Notes: a model not told the origin generated them from the letters alone. DNA of 64,000 nucleotides from an uncultured Bacteroidales bacterium (GCA_900319025.1 ONMT01000001.1:8462-72461), one strand, 5' to 3'; shown: positions 46,508 through 55,339, numbered from the stretch's first letter. A program made the numbers and translations.

Positions 46508-46556
46508 TACCAATCTCCCAACCTTTTTCAGTTTTAGTCATCGTATCCTTCTGTTC

Positions 46557-46615
46557 CCGAAGGTCGCCCGAAGGTCACCCGAAGGTCGCCCGAAGGTCGA
46601 CCGAAAAAAAGCCAT
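46557..46615 (+). repeat. 11-bp-phased CCGA element, copy A (ccgaaggtcNc x4 followed by ccgaaaaaaagccat)
   Basis: CCGA occurs at 46557, 46568, 46579, 46590 and 46601. Confidence 0.85.
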
Positions 46616-46798
46616 AGGTCAGCCGCCTGTCAACCGCAGGTCAAGCGGGACCATCACGGGCTCAAACAATCAGATAACAATAACGCACAAAGCACGTAAA
46701 AATAAGACCTTTACGCCAAATACAACTCTTTTCCAACGCTTTTTCGGCTCAAAATGCATTTTTTTATAAAAAAATTTGCGTATTCCAAATAAAAGCAG

Positions 46799-46806
46799 TA
46801 CCTTTG
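46799..46806 (+). promoter_or_regulatory. -7 box TACCTTTG for rplU-rpmA(-serS)
   Basis: aaaagcagTACCTTTGcgcgc, which leaves a leader of about 115 nt before rplU. Confidence 0.6.
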
Positions 46807-46930
46807 CGCGCTTTTTCGTGTTTAGGCTCGAATAAGACGCCCGCCGGCAGTGCATGAGACACATGTCAACAGCACAGAAGTTCCGACGATCAGCCGCCTA
46901 CACGATGTAATTTATTAACTACAAAAAATA

Positions 46931-47245
46931 ATGTACGCTATTGTAGAAATTCAAGGTCAGCAATTTAACGTAGAAGCTGGCAAGAAGTTGTTCGTCAACC
47001 GTATGGTAGCCGAGAAGGGCGCTGTGGTTGAGTTCGACAAAGTGCTGCTCGTTGACAACGAGGGCAAAGTAAAAGTAGGCGCACCTACCGTTAAGGGCGC
47101 AAAAGTAGTATGCGAAGTACTTGATAACGAGTGCCGCGGAGAGAAAATCCTCGTATTCCACAAGAAACGTCGCAAAGGCTACAAGAAATTGAACGGTCAC
47201 CGTCAAGACCTGACGAACCTTATTGTAAAAGAGATTATCGCATAA
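46931..47245 (+). CDS. rplU: 50S ribosomal protein L21
   Basis: [24 protein letters not shown]...[23 protein letters not shown]. Confidence 0.95.
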   Translation: MYAIVEIQGQQFNVEAGKKLFVNRMVAEKGAVVEFDKVLLVDNEGKVKVGAPTVKGAKVVCEVLDNECRGEKILVFHKKRRKGYKKLNGHRQDLTNLIVKEIIA

Positions 47246-47289
47246 TCTCAGTTTAAAGTTTAATGTTTAAAGTTTAAAGAAAGTAGATT

Positions 47290-47550
47290 ATGGCACATAA
47301 GAAAGGTGTCGGTAGTTCTAAGAACGGCCGTGAATCAGAAAGCAAACGCTTAGGCGTTAAAATTTGGGGCGGACAATTTGCCAAAGCTGGTAATATCATC
47401 GTTCGTCAACGTGGTACGCAACACAATCCTGGTGAGAACATGGGTATGGGAAGTGATCATACTCTCTACGCGCTCACTGACGGAATTGTAACGTTCACCA
47501 AAAAGCGTAATAACAAATCTTACGTAAGCATTGAGCCTATCGCTCAGTAA
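47290..47550 (+). CDS. rpmA: 50S ribosomal protein L27
   Basis: [34 protein letters not shown]. Confidence 0.95.
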   Translation: MAHKKGVGSSKNGRESESKRLGVKIWGGQFAKAGNIIVRQRGTQHNPGENMGMGSDHTLYALTDGIVTFTKKRNNKSYVSIEPIAQ

Positions 47551-47586
47551 ATTACGTTTAGGGTTTAGTGTTTAGAGTTTAGAAAG

Positions 47587-48960
47587 ATGCTTACACTAAA
47601 ACAAATCTACGACGGCAAGGACAAAGTCATTGCCGGTTTGGAGAAGAAACATTTCAATAACGCTCACGAGGTAATCGAGAGCGTTATTGCCATAGACCAG
47701 GAGCGTAAAGCAGCTCAGCAGAAGAAAGATGCAGCGAGCGCGGAGATGAATCAAATCTCTAAGTCCATTGGCCAACTCATGGCGCAAGGTAAACGCGATG
47801 AGGCAGAAGCTGCCAAAGCCAAAACAGGCGCTTTGAAGGCTAATATCACTGAGTACGAGAAAGCGATGTCGGAGGCAGAGGAGCGCTTGACACAACTGCT
47901 GCTGACTATACCAAATACTCCTTACGATATCGTGCCTGCGGGTACGTGCGCGGAGGATAACTTAGCCGTTAAAGTAGGCGGCTGGGAATACGGTAAAGGT
48001 CTGGAGAAACTCGGTAAGACCGAGAATCCGTTTGACGCCGATGGCGCGGCTATTGCTCTGCGCGATTGGCCAGCAGAGGAAGACCCACAGCCTGCTTTTG
48101 CGAAGTTACCGCACTGGGAACTGGCAAAGAAATACAACCTCATTGACTTTGACCTTGGCGTTAAGATCTCAGGAGCTGGTTTCCCTGTCTATATTGGTCA
48201 AGGAGCTCGTTTACAGCGCGCGCTGATAAACTTCTTCCTCGCCGAAGCCAACAAAGCCGGTTACACCGAGATTATGCCACCGACTGTAGTCAATCAAGCA
48301 TCCGGTTACGGAACAGGCCAACTGCCGGATAAAGAGGGACAGATGTACCACTGTGAAGTGGATGATTTATACCTCATTCCGACGGCAGAGGTACCTGTAA
48401 CGAACTTGTACCGCGATGAGATCATCGACGAGGCACAACTGCCAATTAAGAACTGCGCCTACACGGAGTGCTTCCGTCGCGAGGCAGGCAGTTACGGCAA
48501 GGATGTGCGCGGACTGAATCGTCTGCATGAGTTCTCGAAGATAGAGATTGTTCGTATCGATACTCCGGAGCACTCGGATGCATCGCATCGTGAGATGTTA
48601 GCGCACGTAGAAGGTCTGCTCAAGAAGTTAGAGTTACCTTATCGTATTCTGCGTCTTAGCGGCGGCGACATGTCGTTCACGGCAGCGCTTTGCTACGACT
48701 TCGAAGTCTATTCGGAAGCACAGCATCGTTGGCTGGAGGTTAGTTCAACGAGTAACTTTGACACGTACCAGGCAAACCGCTTGAAATGCCGTTACCGCAA
48801 AGCGGAGGACAAGAAAGTATATCTTGCTCATACGCTGAATGGTAGCGCACTGGCTTTGCCGCGTATCGTAGCAGCCTTGTTGGAGAATAACCAAAGCGAA
48901 GAGGGTATCCATATCCCCGCAGCGCTCCAACCATACTTCGGCGACGACATGATTCGCTAA
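47587..48960 (+). CDS. serS: Seryl-tRNA synthetase (with an extra segment between the coiled-coil arm and the catalytic core)
   Basis: An N-terminal coiled-coil arm is followed by class II motifs (FRREAGSYGKDVRGLNRLHEF, GSALALPR). Confidence 0.92.
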   Translation: MLTLKQIYDGKDKVIAGLEKKHFNNAHEVIESVIAIDQERKAAQQKKDAASAEMNQISKSIGQLMAQGKRDEAEAAKAKTGALKANITEYEKAMSEAEERLTQLLLTIPNTPYDIVPAGTCAEDNLAVKVGGWEYGKGLEKLGKTENPFDADGAAIALRDWPAEEDPQPAFAKLPHWELAKKYNLIDFDLGVKISGAGFPVYIGQGARLQRALINFFLAEANKAGYTEIMPPTVVNQASGYGTGQLPDKEGQMYHCEVDDLYLIPTAEVPVTNLYRDEIIDEAQLPIKNCAYTECFRREAGSYGKDVRGLNRLHEFSKIEIVRIDTPEHSDASHREMLAHVEGLLKKLELPYRILRLSGGDMSFTAALCYDFEVYSEAQHRWLEVSSTSNFDTYQANRLKCRYRKAEDKKVYLAHTLNGSALALPRIVAALLENNQSEEGIHIPAALQPYFGDDMIR

Positions 48961-48978
48961 AGCAAGAACAAACAAAAG

Positions 48979-49006
48979 TGGCATACAAATTGTGTATGCC
49001 ATTTTT
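48979..49006 (+). terminator. Rho-independent terminator after serS
   Basis: tggcataca (48979-48987) / tgtatgcca (48993-49001), followed by ttttt. Confidence 0.7.
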
Positions 49007-49042
49007 AGTATATAGCATGTAAAACAAGAAAAATACTATTAA

Positions 49043-49606
49043 ATGAACGTTCAGATAAACATTGTAATCATCGCCTTAATTGCTTTTGTACTATTGCTGA
49101 TAGCAATGATTATTCTCATTCAAGTCAATGGAAAGCAGCAATTGGAACGCCAAAAAGAAATAATAATGCGATTAAGAACTCATGCAGAAGAATTTATGCC
49201 GCCAGTCCTCAAAGCCTTGGACGATTGGAAAATGGAAGTTAACACTGCCATCAAATTGGCGGCAAAAGATCGTCCCATAAAAAGAGGAGAAAAGCGTGAC
49301 CAATACGACTATCAATTATTTAACTCTATCTTATATTGTAACAATTCCAATTACTTCTTTCGTAAAATAGATGAACGTTTAAATAATTTTTCCAGTAAAA
49401 TTCACCGATATTACGCATTAAGCGACCGTGAGCTTCTCTTTATATGTTTGTCCTTATTATCTCTTTCAGACGAACAAATTGCAATAATAATGAACTACTC
49501 CAGTGCAAGCATACCTACCACACGCAAACGTATAGGCAAAAAGCTTGGAATCAACAATAATAATGAATGGAATAGCACTTTGCTTGATTTAGTTCAACAA
49601 AACTGA
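49043..49606 (+). CDS. Membrane-anchored protein with C-terminal HTH (LuxR/GerE-like) segment
   Basis: N-terminal TM IVIIALIAFVLLLIAMIILI. C-terminal LSDRELLFICLSLLSLSDEQIAIIMNYSSASIPTTRKRIGKKLG. Confidence 0.55.
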   Translation: MNVQINIVIIALIAFVLLLIAMIILIQVNGKQQLERQKEIIMRLRTHAEEFMPPVLKALDDWKMEVNTAIKLAAKDRPIKRGEKRDQYDYQLFNSILYCNNSNYFFRKIDERLNNFSSKIHRYYALSDRELLFICLSLLSLSDEQIAIIMNYSSASIPTTRKRIGKKLGINNNNEWNSTLLDLVQQN

Positions 49607-49726
49607 CAACTTGTGTGATAAAAAGTTGTTTTGTGTTCATCTAACACACTAATATTCAGATATTTTAGTGTTATAATTGTGTTGTATTATTGCATCATAT
49701 TATTTGTACAACACAAAAAAATGTAG

Positions 49727-49734
49727 TACTTTTG
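49727..49734 (+). promoter_or_regulatory. -7 box TACTTTTG for the 49804 gene
   Basis: aaaaaaatgtagTACTTTTGcacc. Confidence 0.55.
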
Positions 49735-49803
49735 CACCGGATTTCCAAAGTAAAAGTCACTTGCGCAAGTGCTATAATTATTAACATTTTAAACAACAAA
49801 TTT

Positions 49804-50277
49804 ATGGAACACAAAAATTATTCGGAGTATAAACGCTTAACACTTGTTGAGCCCCCATATTTGTATTATTCACTGCTATACATAATTACTATTTTAGCAA
49901 TAATAGTGGCAGTGTTGTCGGTAAACTACTTTCACTATGAAGAAATAGATCCACAAAAAGCAGTTATCTCCTTTTTTATTTTTTTCATAGTAGAGACCAG
50001 TGTTATCATCCGGCTCAGCCGCGAAAGGGCACTAATCCATGACAATGGTAATTTAGAGGTGTATGGATTGTACAATCACAAAATCACTCCAATCAGTACT
50101 ATTAAACAAGTTATTTTCAAAAAGCGTTATACGATTTGCGGTAAAGTTGATGTTATCCAACTTAAACTGGCTGAAGGGGAAATGCCCAACTTGCTACTCA
50201 AAGATATCGAGCATTTTGTTTTGGAACTAAAAAAATATAATCCAACAATCATTATTCCAGAACTTCCTGTTTCCTAA
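49804..50277 (+). CDS. Hypothetical membrane protein (two TM segments plus a small soluble domain)
   Basis: I trimmed the start to MEHKNYSEYK because the track start at 49690 runs through the promoter box. Confidence 0.5.
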   Translation: MEHKNYSEYKRLTLVEPPYLYYSLLYIITILAIIVAVLSVNYFHYEEIDPQKAVISFFIFFIVETSVIIRLSRERALIHDNGNLEVYGLYNHKITPISTIKQVIFKKRYTICGKVDVIQLKLAEGEMPNLLLKDIEHFVLELKKYNPTIIIPELPVS

Positions 50278-50295
50278 TCTTCTTCCTAAGAGTAC

Positions 50296-50330
50296 AAAAG
50301 TGCAGAAATTCAAATTTTCTGCACTTTTAA
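50296..50330 (+). terminator. Hairpin terminator
   Basis: agtgcagaaa (50299-50308) / tttctgcact (50316-50325), flanked by A and T runs. Confidence 0.65.
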
Positions 50331-50406
50331 TTTTTCATATCTCCTTACTTAAAGTATTATTTTTGTAAAAAAATAAAAAATACTTGCATATATGCTAAAA
50401 AAGTTG

Positions 50407-50414
50407 TACCTTTG
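50407..50414 (+). promoter_or_regulatory. -7 box TACCTTTG for the 50446 gene
   Basis: ctaaaaaagttgTACCTTTGtcgcc. Confidence 0.55.
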
Positions 50415-50445
50415 TCGCCGAATTAGTATGTATAATTAAACGGCA

Positions 50446-50991
50446 ATGAGTTTTTGGCAAGTAATAATGTTTACCATACCGGCATTAGTGGTGCTAATCA
50501 GCGTATGGATTGTGATGAATAAGTTATTCAAGAACGAGGAAGAGAAGCGCCTGTGGGAGCTGAAGTTGGCGAGTCAGAAAGAGATATCCCCTACCCGACT
50601 TCGTGCCTATGAACGTTTGGCATTAGTTCTTGAGCGTACTCAACCGGAAGCGTTAGTAATGGGACTGAGCGAGCGTTTGGAGTCCGCCGGCGAGAGCATG
50701 GCGAGTCTGCCGGTGATGAAGATGCAGCAAGAGTTACTGCGGACAGTGCGATTAGAGTTCGACCATAACCTAAGCCAGCAGATTTACGTGAGCGACGAGA
50801 CGTGGTCAAAGATTATCGGTGCGCGCGACGAGATGGGTGCATTCATTAGTGCGATGGCGATGCAGTTGCCACCGGAGAGTACGGCGATGGACTATGCGAA
50901 AGTGCTGATGACCGCATACCGCAATAACGGAGAGACGCCACATCAGATGGCATTAGATGCGCTCAAGGACGAAGCAAGAGGGCTACTATAA
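50446..50991 (+). CDS. Hypothetical membrane-anchored protein
   Basis: 181 aa with a single N-terminal TM (VIMFTIPALVVLISVWIVM). Family not recognised. Confidence 0.55.
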   Translation: MSFWQVIMFTIPALVVLISVWIVMNKLFKNEEEKRLWELKLASQKEISPTRLRAYERLALVLERTQPEALVMGLSERLESAGESMASLPVMKMQQELLRTVRLEFDHNLSQQIYVSDETWSKIIGARDEMGAFISAMAMQLPPESTAMDYAKVLMTAYRNNGETPHQMALDALKDEARGLL

Positions 50992-51022
50992 ACGGCTAAA
51001 GCCGTATTTTTAGATTGTAGAT

Positions 51023-51514
51023 TTGAGAGGAGATATTTTTGTCATATTGCTAATGGTGATGGGGTTGGTAGCGTGCCAGCCGGATACGACGTGTCGCCAA
51101 GATATTAACGTATGCGCAGGCGTAGTGCTACAGTGTACACACACAGACACATTGGACGCAGTGAGCTCGGTGACTAAATGGGACAGCATCACAATTCAAG
51201 GTGTGGGCAGCGACTCGGTACTATACAAAAACGCCAAGGGGGTTGACCATGTTTATCTGCCGCTACGAACTGACACGACGGTGACCGCTTTTACGCTTAC
51301 GTGGCAGGGTAAGAAAGAGACATTGTATATCCAACACGATAACACACAACGCTTTATCTCAATGGCGTGCGGCTGCGCGGTTTATCATACGATAGAGAAA
51401 GTGTGGTGCAAGAATGTATGGGCAGACACAGTTACGATAATCAATGCTGCTGTGGAGACATACAAGCAAGATAATATTCGCATTTACGCTACGACACACG
51501 ACGAGAAGAAATGA
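51023..51514 (+). CDS. Hypothetical lipoprotein
   Basis: The TTG start gives MRGDIFVILLMVMGLVAC, a lipobox. An alternative ATG lies at 51053. The stop overlaps the next gene by 4 nt. Confidence 0.55.
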   Translation: MRGDIFVILLMVMGLVACQPDTTCRQDINVCAGVVLQCTHTDTLDAVSSVTKWDSITIQGVGSDSVLYKNAKGVDHVYLPLRTDTTVTAFTLTWQGKKETLYIQHDNTQRFISMACGCAVYHTIEKVWCKNVWADTVTIINAAVETYKQDNIRIYATTHDEKK

Positions 51515-52347
51515 GAAGACTGCTGTGGATAATAGTGTTAGTAATGGCGATGGCGAGTGCTTATGCTCAAGTGCCGCAAGACTCACTTGAGGTGCGCAAT
51601 GACACATTGCAGGTGCTGGTAGCGGATAGTGCCGGAGCGTTTATGGTGACCGATACGATAGTGGAAGTAGAGCAACCTGCGGTGAAAGAAGACACAATCC
51701 AGGAAAAAGGAAACGTGCTGACCGGCAAGTACGAGCGACTGAAAGACGGAACACGTATCTACTCCGACTCGGTGATCTATCAGGGAATGAATATCAAGTT
51801 AGACCTCGCGACAACGATATTAGAGGCTGCGATGTCGAAAGGAAATATTTTGAGTTTTGAGGCAGCGTGGAATGTACGTTTGAAACAACGTTACTACCCG
51901 ACTTTAGAAGGCGGTTATGTGCGCGCCAATGCTTCAGCAGATGGCGGCAGGCAGAAAGGTGAAGGCGGATTCTTCCGCGTGGGACTGGATATCAACGGTT
52001 TGAAAAAACACCCTGAACGTTTGAACGCAGCAATGGTGGGTATTCGTGTCGGTACAGGCTTACAGAGCTATGACCTGACCGGCGTGACGATGAACGACAA
52101 CTACTGGAGTGGCGGCAAGCGCTTGGATTTTGTTAATCAGTTTCATGCCGATTGCTGGGGTGAAGTGGTTGCCGGTTGCCAAGTGCAAGTGTGGGAAGGC
52201 TTTCAAATGGGTTGGTACGTGCGACTGAAGATTTTATTCACGCGCAAAGCAAAAGATGGGGAAGTACTACCCTACTACATTCCTGGTTTTGGGTATCGCG
52301 ACGATACGAACTGGGGGATAAATTATTATATTGGGTACAAGTTTTAA
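51511..52347 (+). CDS. Hypothetical secreted / outer-membrane protein (beta-rich)
   Basis: Signal peptide MRRLLWIIVLVMAMASAYAQ. The C-terminal aromatic-rich end ...NYYIGYKF is typical of OM beta-barrels. Confidence 0.6.
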   Translation: MRRLLWIIVLVMAMASAYAQVPQDSLEVRNDTLQVLVADSAGAFMVTDTIVEVEQPAVKEDTIQEKGNVLTGKYERLKDGTRIYSDSVIYQGMNIKLDLATTILEAAMSKGNILSFEAAWNVRLKQRYYPTLEGGYVRANASADGGRQKGEGGFFRVGLDINGLKKHPERLNAAMVGIRVGTGLQSYDLTGVTMNDNYWSGGKRLDFVNQFHADCWGEVVAGCQVQVWEGFQMGWYVRLKILFTRKAKDGEVLPYYIPGFGYRDDTNWGINYYIGYKF

Positions 52348-52424
52348 TTTGGCGGCTGGCGCATTATTGTACCTTGTAAATTGTACTTTGTAAATTGTAA
52401 TATATAACTTAAATTTAATTTTTT

Positions 52425-54434
52425 ATGAACAGCACAAATTTAATGAACAAGGCTGCAAACAACATTCGTATTCTGGCAGCGGCTATGGTAGAGAAAGCAA
52501 AAAGCGGTCACCCGGGTGGTGCACTTGGCGGTTCGGATTTCGTTAATGTACTCTTTTCGGAGTTCCTTCGTTACGACCCTGAGAATCCAGGTTGGGAAGC
52601 ACGCGACCGTTTCTTCTTAGACCCAGGTCATATGGCTCCGATGCTATATAGTCAGCTCTGTCTTGCAGGTAAGTACAGTCTGGATGAGTTGCAGACGCTC
52701 CGTCAATGGGGCAGCGTCGTTCCCGGTCACCCGGAGCGCGATATTGAGCGTGGTGTAGAAAACACGAGCGGCCCGCTTGGTCAAGGACATGTATTCGCAG
52801 TTGGAGCAGCTATCGCGGCTAAATGGTTCAACGCCCGCGTAGGCGAGATGCACAATCCGAATATCTATGCGTTTATCTCAGACGGCGGTGTACAAGAGGA
52901 GATTTCACAAGGTGCAGGTCGTATTGCCGGTCACTTGGGATTGGATAACCTAATCATGTTCTATGACTCAAATGAGATACAGCTCTCTACCGGCTGCAAA
53001 GAGGTAACGAGCGAAGATGTTGCCATGAAATATGAGGCATGGGGTTGGTTTGTACAAGAGATTGCAGGTAACGACCCCGACGCTATTCGCGAGGCTTTGA
53101 ACAAAGCGATTGCAGAGAACAAACGGCCGTCTCTTATCATCGGTCACACTGCTATGGGTAAGGGTGCTGTAACCGAGAGCGGCGAGAGCTTCGAAGGTCA
53201 ATGCTCCACGCACGGACAGCCGCTTAGCAAATCCGGTGCTTCTTTCGAGAAAACGGTTAAGCACTTGGGCGGTGACCCGACTAACCCGTTCCAAATCTTC
53301 CCCGAAGTGAAGAAACTGTACGACGACCGCGCTGCAGAACTGCGTGAATATGCTAATAACTACTACGTTAAGTACCGCGCATGGAAAGAGGCAAACCCGA
53401 CTACTGCCGCTGAGTACGAGGCATATATGAGTGGCGAAACACCTTGCTTGGACTGGAGCCTTGTTCACCAGAAAGCAGGCAACTCCACCCGCGGTGCCAG
53501 CGCAACGGTGCTCTCATTCTTGGCGGAGAACGTTGGAAACATGATTGTTTCGAGTGCAGACTTGAGCAATAGTGATAAGACGGACGGCTTCCTGAAAAAG
53601 ACTCACGCGCTGAAGAAAGGTGATTTTACAGGTCAGTTCCTGCAAGCCGGTGTGAGCGAGTTAACGATGGCCTGCCTGTGCATGGGTATGGCTTTGCACG
53701 GCGGTATCATCCCTGCTTGCGCTACGTTCTTTGTATTCAGCGACTACATGAAACCAGCTGTTCGTTTGGCAGCACTAATGGAGTTACCGGTTAAGTTTAT
53801 CTGGAGTCACGACGCATTCCGCGTAGGCGAAGATGGCCCAACGCATGAGCCTGTAGAGCAAGAAGCACAGATCCGTCTGATGGAGAAACTGCACAACCAT
53901 TCCGGCAAACCGTCCATGCTCGTTCTCCGTCCGGCAGATGCCGAGGAGACCACTCTCGCATGGCGCTGCGCTATCGAGAACACCGCTACACCGACAGCCC
54001 TCATCCTCAGCCGTCAGGACATCGCTCCGGTGCCCAACGTCAACCTCGAAGGCTTCCGTAAAGGTGCATATATCGTATCGAAAGACGAGAATCCACAAGT
54101 AGTATTGCTGGCTTCCGGTAGCGAAGTTGCGACGTTAATGGCAGGCGCAGAGCTGCTGCGCAAAGAGGGCATTCGCTTGCAGGTAGTGAGCGTTCCGAGT
54201 GAAGGATTATTCCGTCAACAGCCTATTGAGTATCAGAACGAGATTCTTCCGAAAGGCATTAAGCGCTTCGGAATGACAGCCGGTTTGCCGTGCACGCTCG
54301 AAGGTCTGGTAGGCGACAATGGCGCTATCTGGGGACTTGAGAGTTTCGGCTTCAGCGCACCGTACAAAGTGCTTGACGAGAAACTCGGCTTCACGGCACA
54401 GAACGTCTACGACCAAGTGAAGAAGTTGCTGTAA
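52425..54434 (+). CDS. tkt: Transketolase
   Basis: SGHPGGALG and GPLGQG, with ThDP-binding DGGVQEEISQGA and the HDAFRVGEDGPTHEPVEQ motif. Confidence 0.95.
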   Translation: MNSTNLMNKAANNIRILAAAMVEKAKSGHPGGALGGSDFVNVLFSEFLRYDPENPGWEARDRFFLDPGHMAPMLYSQLCLAGKYSLDELQTLRQWGSVVPGHPERDIERGVENTSGPLGQGHVFAVGAAIAAKWFNARVGEMHNPNIYAFISDGGVQEEISQGAGRIAGHLGLDNLIMFYDSNEIQLSTGCKEVTSEDVAMKYEAWGWFVQEIAGNDPDAIREALNKAIAENKRPSLIIGHTAMGKGAVTESGESFEGQCSTHGQPLSKSGASFEKTVKHLGGDPTNPFQIFPEVKKLYDDRAAELREYANNYYVKYRAWKEANPTTAAEYEAYMSGETPCLDWSLVHQKAGNSTRGASATVLSFLAENVGNMIVSSADLSNSDKTDGFLKKTHALKKGDFTGQFLQAGVSELTMACLCMGMALHGGIIPACATFFVFSDYMKPAVRLAALMELPVKFIWSHDAFRVGEDGPTHEPVEQEAQIRLMEKLHNHSGKPSMLVLRPADAEETTLAWRCAIENTATPTALILSRQDIAPVPNVNLEGFRKGAYIVSKDENPQVVLLASGSEVATLMAGAELLRKEGIRLQVVSVPSEGLFRQQPIEYQNEILPKGIKRFGMTAGLPCTLEGLVGDNGAIWGLESFGFSAPYKVLDEKLGFTAQNVYDQVKKLL

Positions 54435-54455
54435 AGGTAACGAAATGGTGACAAT

Positions 54456-55247
54456 TTGAAAAATATACTGCTGTTTGACCCATTTGAAAATCGGCAACCA
54501 GCAGTGGCCGATTTGTCAGCAGCAGACATGGAATACTTTGTTCAAGTAGGTTTTAGTCTGCATAGACAAGTAATCCGTTATGCGTCCACCATAGAAGAAC
54601 GCCTCTTTTATATCCGGCAATGTGCAACGCAGTTCTGGACAAAAGACAAACTGATTGCGAATCTTAAAGCAGATGTATTCCATAAGGAAGCTGCTCCGAA
54701 TAATTTTCAGTTTGCCATTCCTGACAGCCGTTTACGTGACAAAGCATTGCAAGTGTTCCGCGAAGATGTGGTCTTGGATTTCCTAACGCTTCCTGATCCG
54801 GATTTTGTCGATGAAAAAGATGTGGAGCAGCAGATAGTAAAGAATATAAAGGACTTTATTATGGCGCTTGGCGGCGACTTCAGTTTTATGGGCAACCAAT
54901 ACCGATTGATTGTTGATGGAGAAGAGAGTTTTATTGATTTACTGTTCTTCAATCGCCGTTTGCGTTCCTTAGTAGCTGTTGAACTCAAAAGCGGCAAATT
55001 CAAACCGGAATATGCAGGAAAGATGAATTATTATCTGTCTGCGCTGGATGAGTACGTTAAAATGCCGGACGAAAATCCCAGTATTGGTATTATTCTTTGC
55101 CGTTCGATGAACGAGAAGAAAGTGGAGTTCTCTTTCCGCGACATGACCAAGCCGATGGGTGTTGCCACATATCATAGTAGCAGCGAGTTGCCGGAAGCAT
55201 ACAAAAATATCTTACCATCAGCAGAGGAATTGAGCAAACTACTATAA
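54456..55247 (+). CDS. PDDEXK nuclease, YhcG/DUF1016 family, apparently N-terminally short with a TTG start
   Basis: GGDFSFMGNQYRLIVDGEESFIDLLFFNRRLRSLVAVELKSGKFKPEYAGKMNYY is the DUF1016 PD-(D/E)xK core. Confidence 0.7.
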   Translation: MKNILLFDPFENRQPAVADLSAADMEYFVQVGFSLHRQVIRYASTIEERLFYIRQCATQFWTKDKLIANLKADVFHKEAAPNNFQFAIPDSRLRDKALQVFREDVVLDFLTLPDPDFVDEKDVEQQIVKNIKDFIMALGGDFSFMGNQYRLIVDGEESFIDLLFFNRRLRSLVAVELKSGKFKPEYAGKMNYYLSALDEYVKMPDENPSIGIILCRSMNEKKVEFSFRDMTKPMGVATYHSSSELPEAYKNILPSAEELSKLL

Positions 55248-55314
55248 CATATCGTCCCCTCTCCGAGATGGTGCTTCCGAGCACTACGGGAAAGGAGAAA
55301 ATTACAATTCTACA

Positions 55315-55339
55315 AGCAGAGTTTCACTCTGCTTTTTTT
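55315..55339 (+). terminator. Rho-independent terminator
   Basis: agcagagt (55315-55322) / actctgct (55326-55333), followed by ttttttt. Confidence 0.75.

Noticed and set aside
46467-46769. 100-aa ORF (..PKVARRSPEGRPKVDRKK..) in the long intergenic region before rplU
   Set aside because: Its repetitive peptide is simply the translation of the 11-bp CCGAAGGTCNC tandem repeat. It starts inside the last 26-bp repeat unit and reads through the terminator hairpin. It has no promoter box, so I treat it as noncoding.
46813-46930. Structured ribosomal-protein leader upstream of rplU
   Set aside because: The ~115-nt leader is unusually long and GC-rich in places (gacgcccgccggcag ... ccgacgatcagccgcc). 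I could not fold a convincing conserved structure by hand, and I know of no named Bacteroidetes L21 leader. I leave it unannotated.
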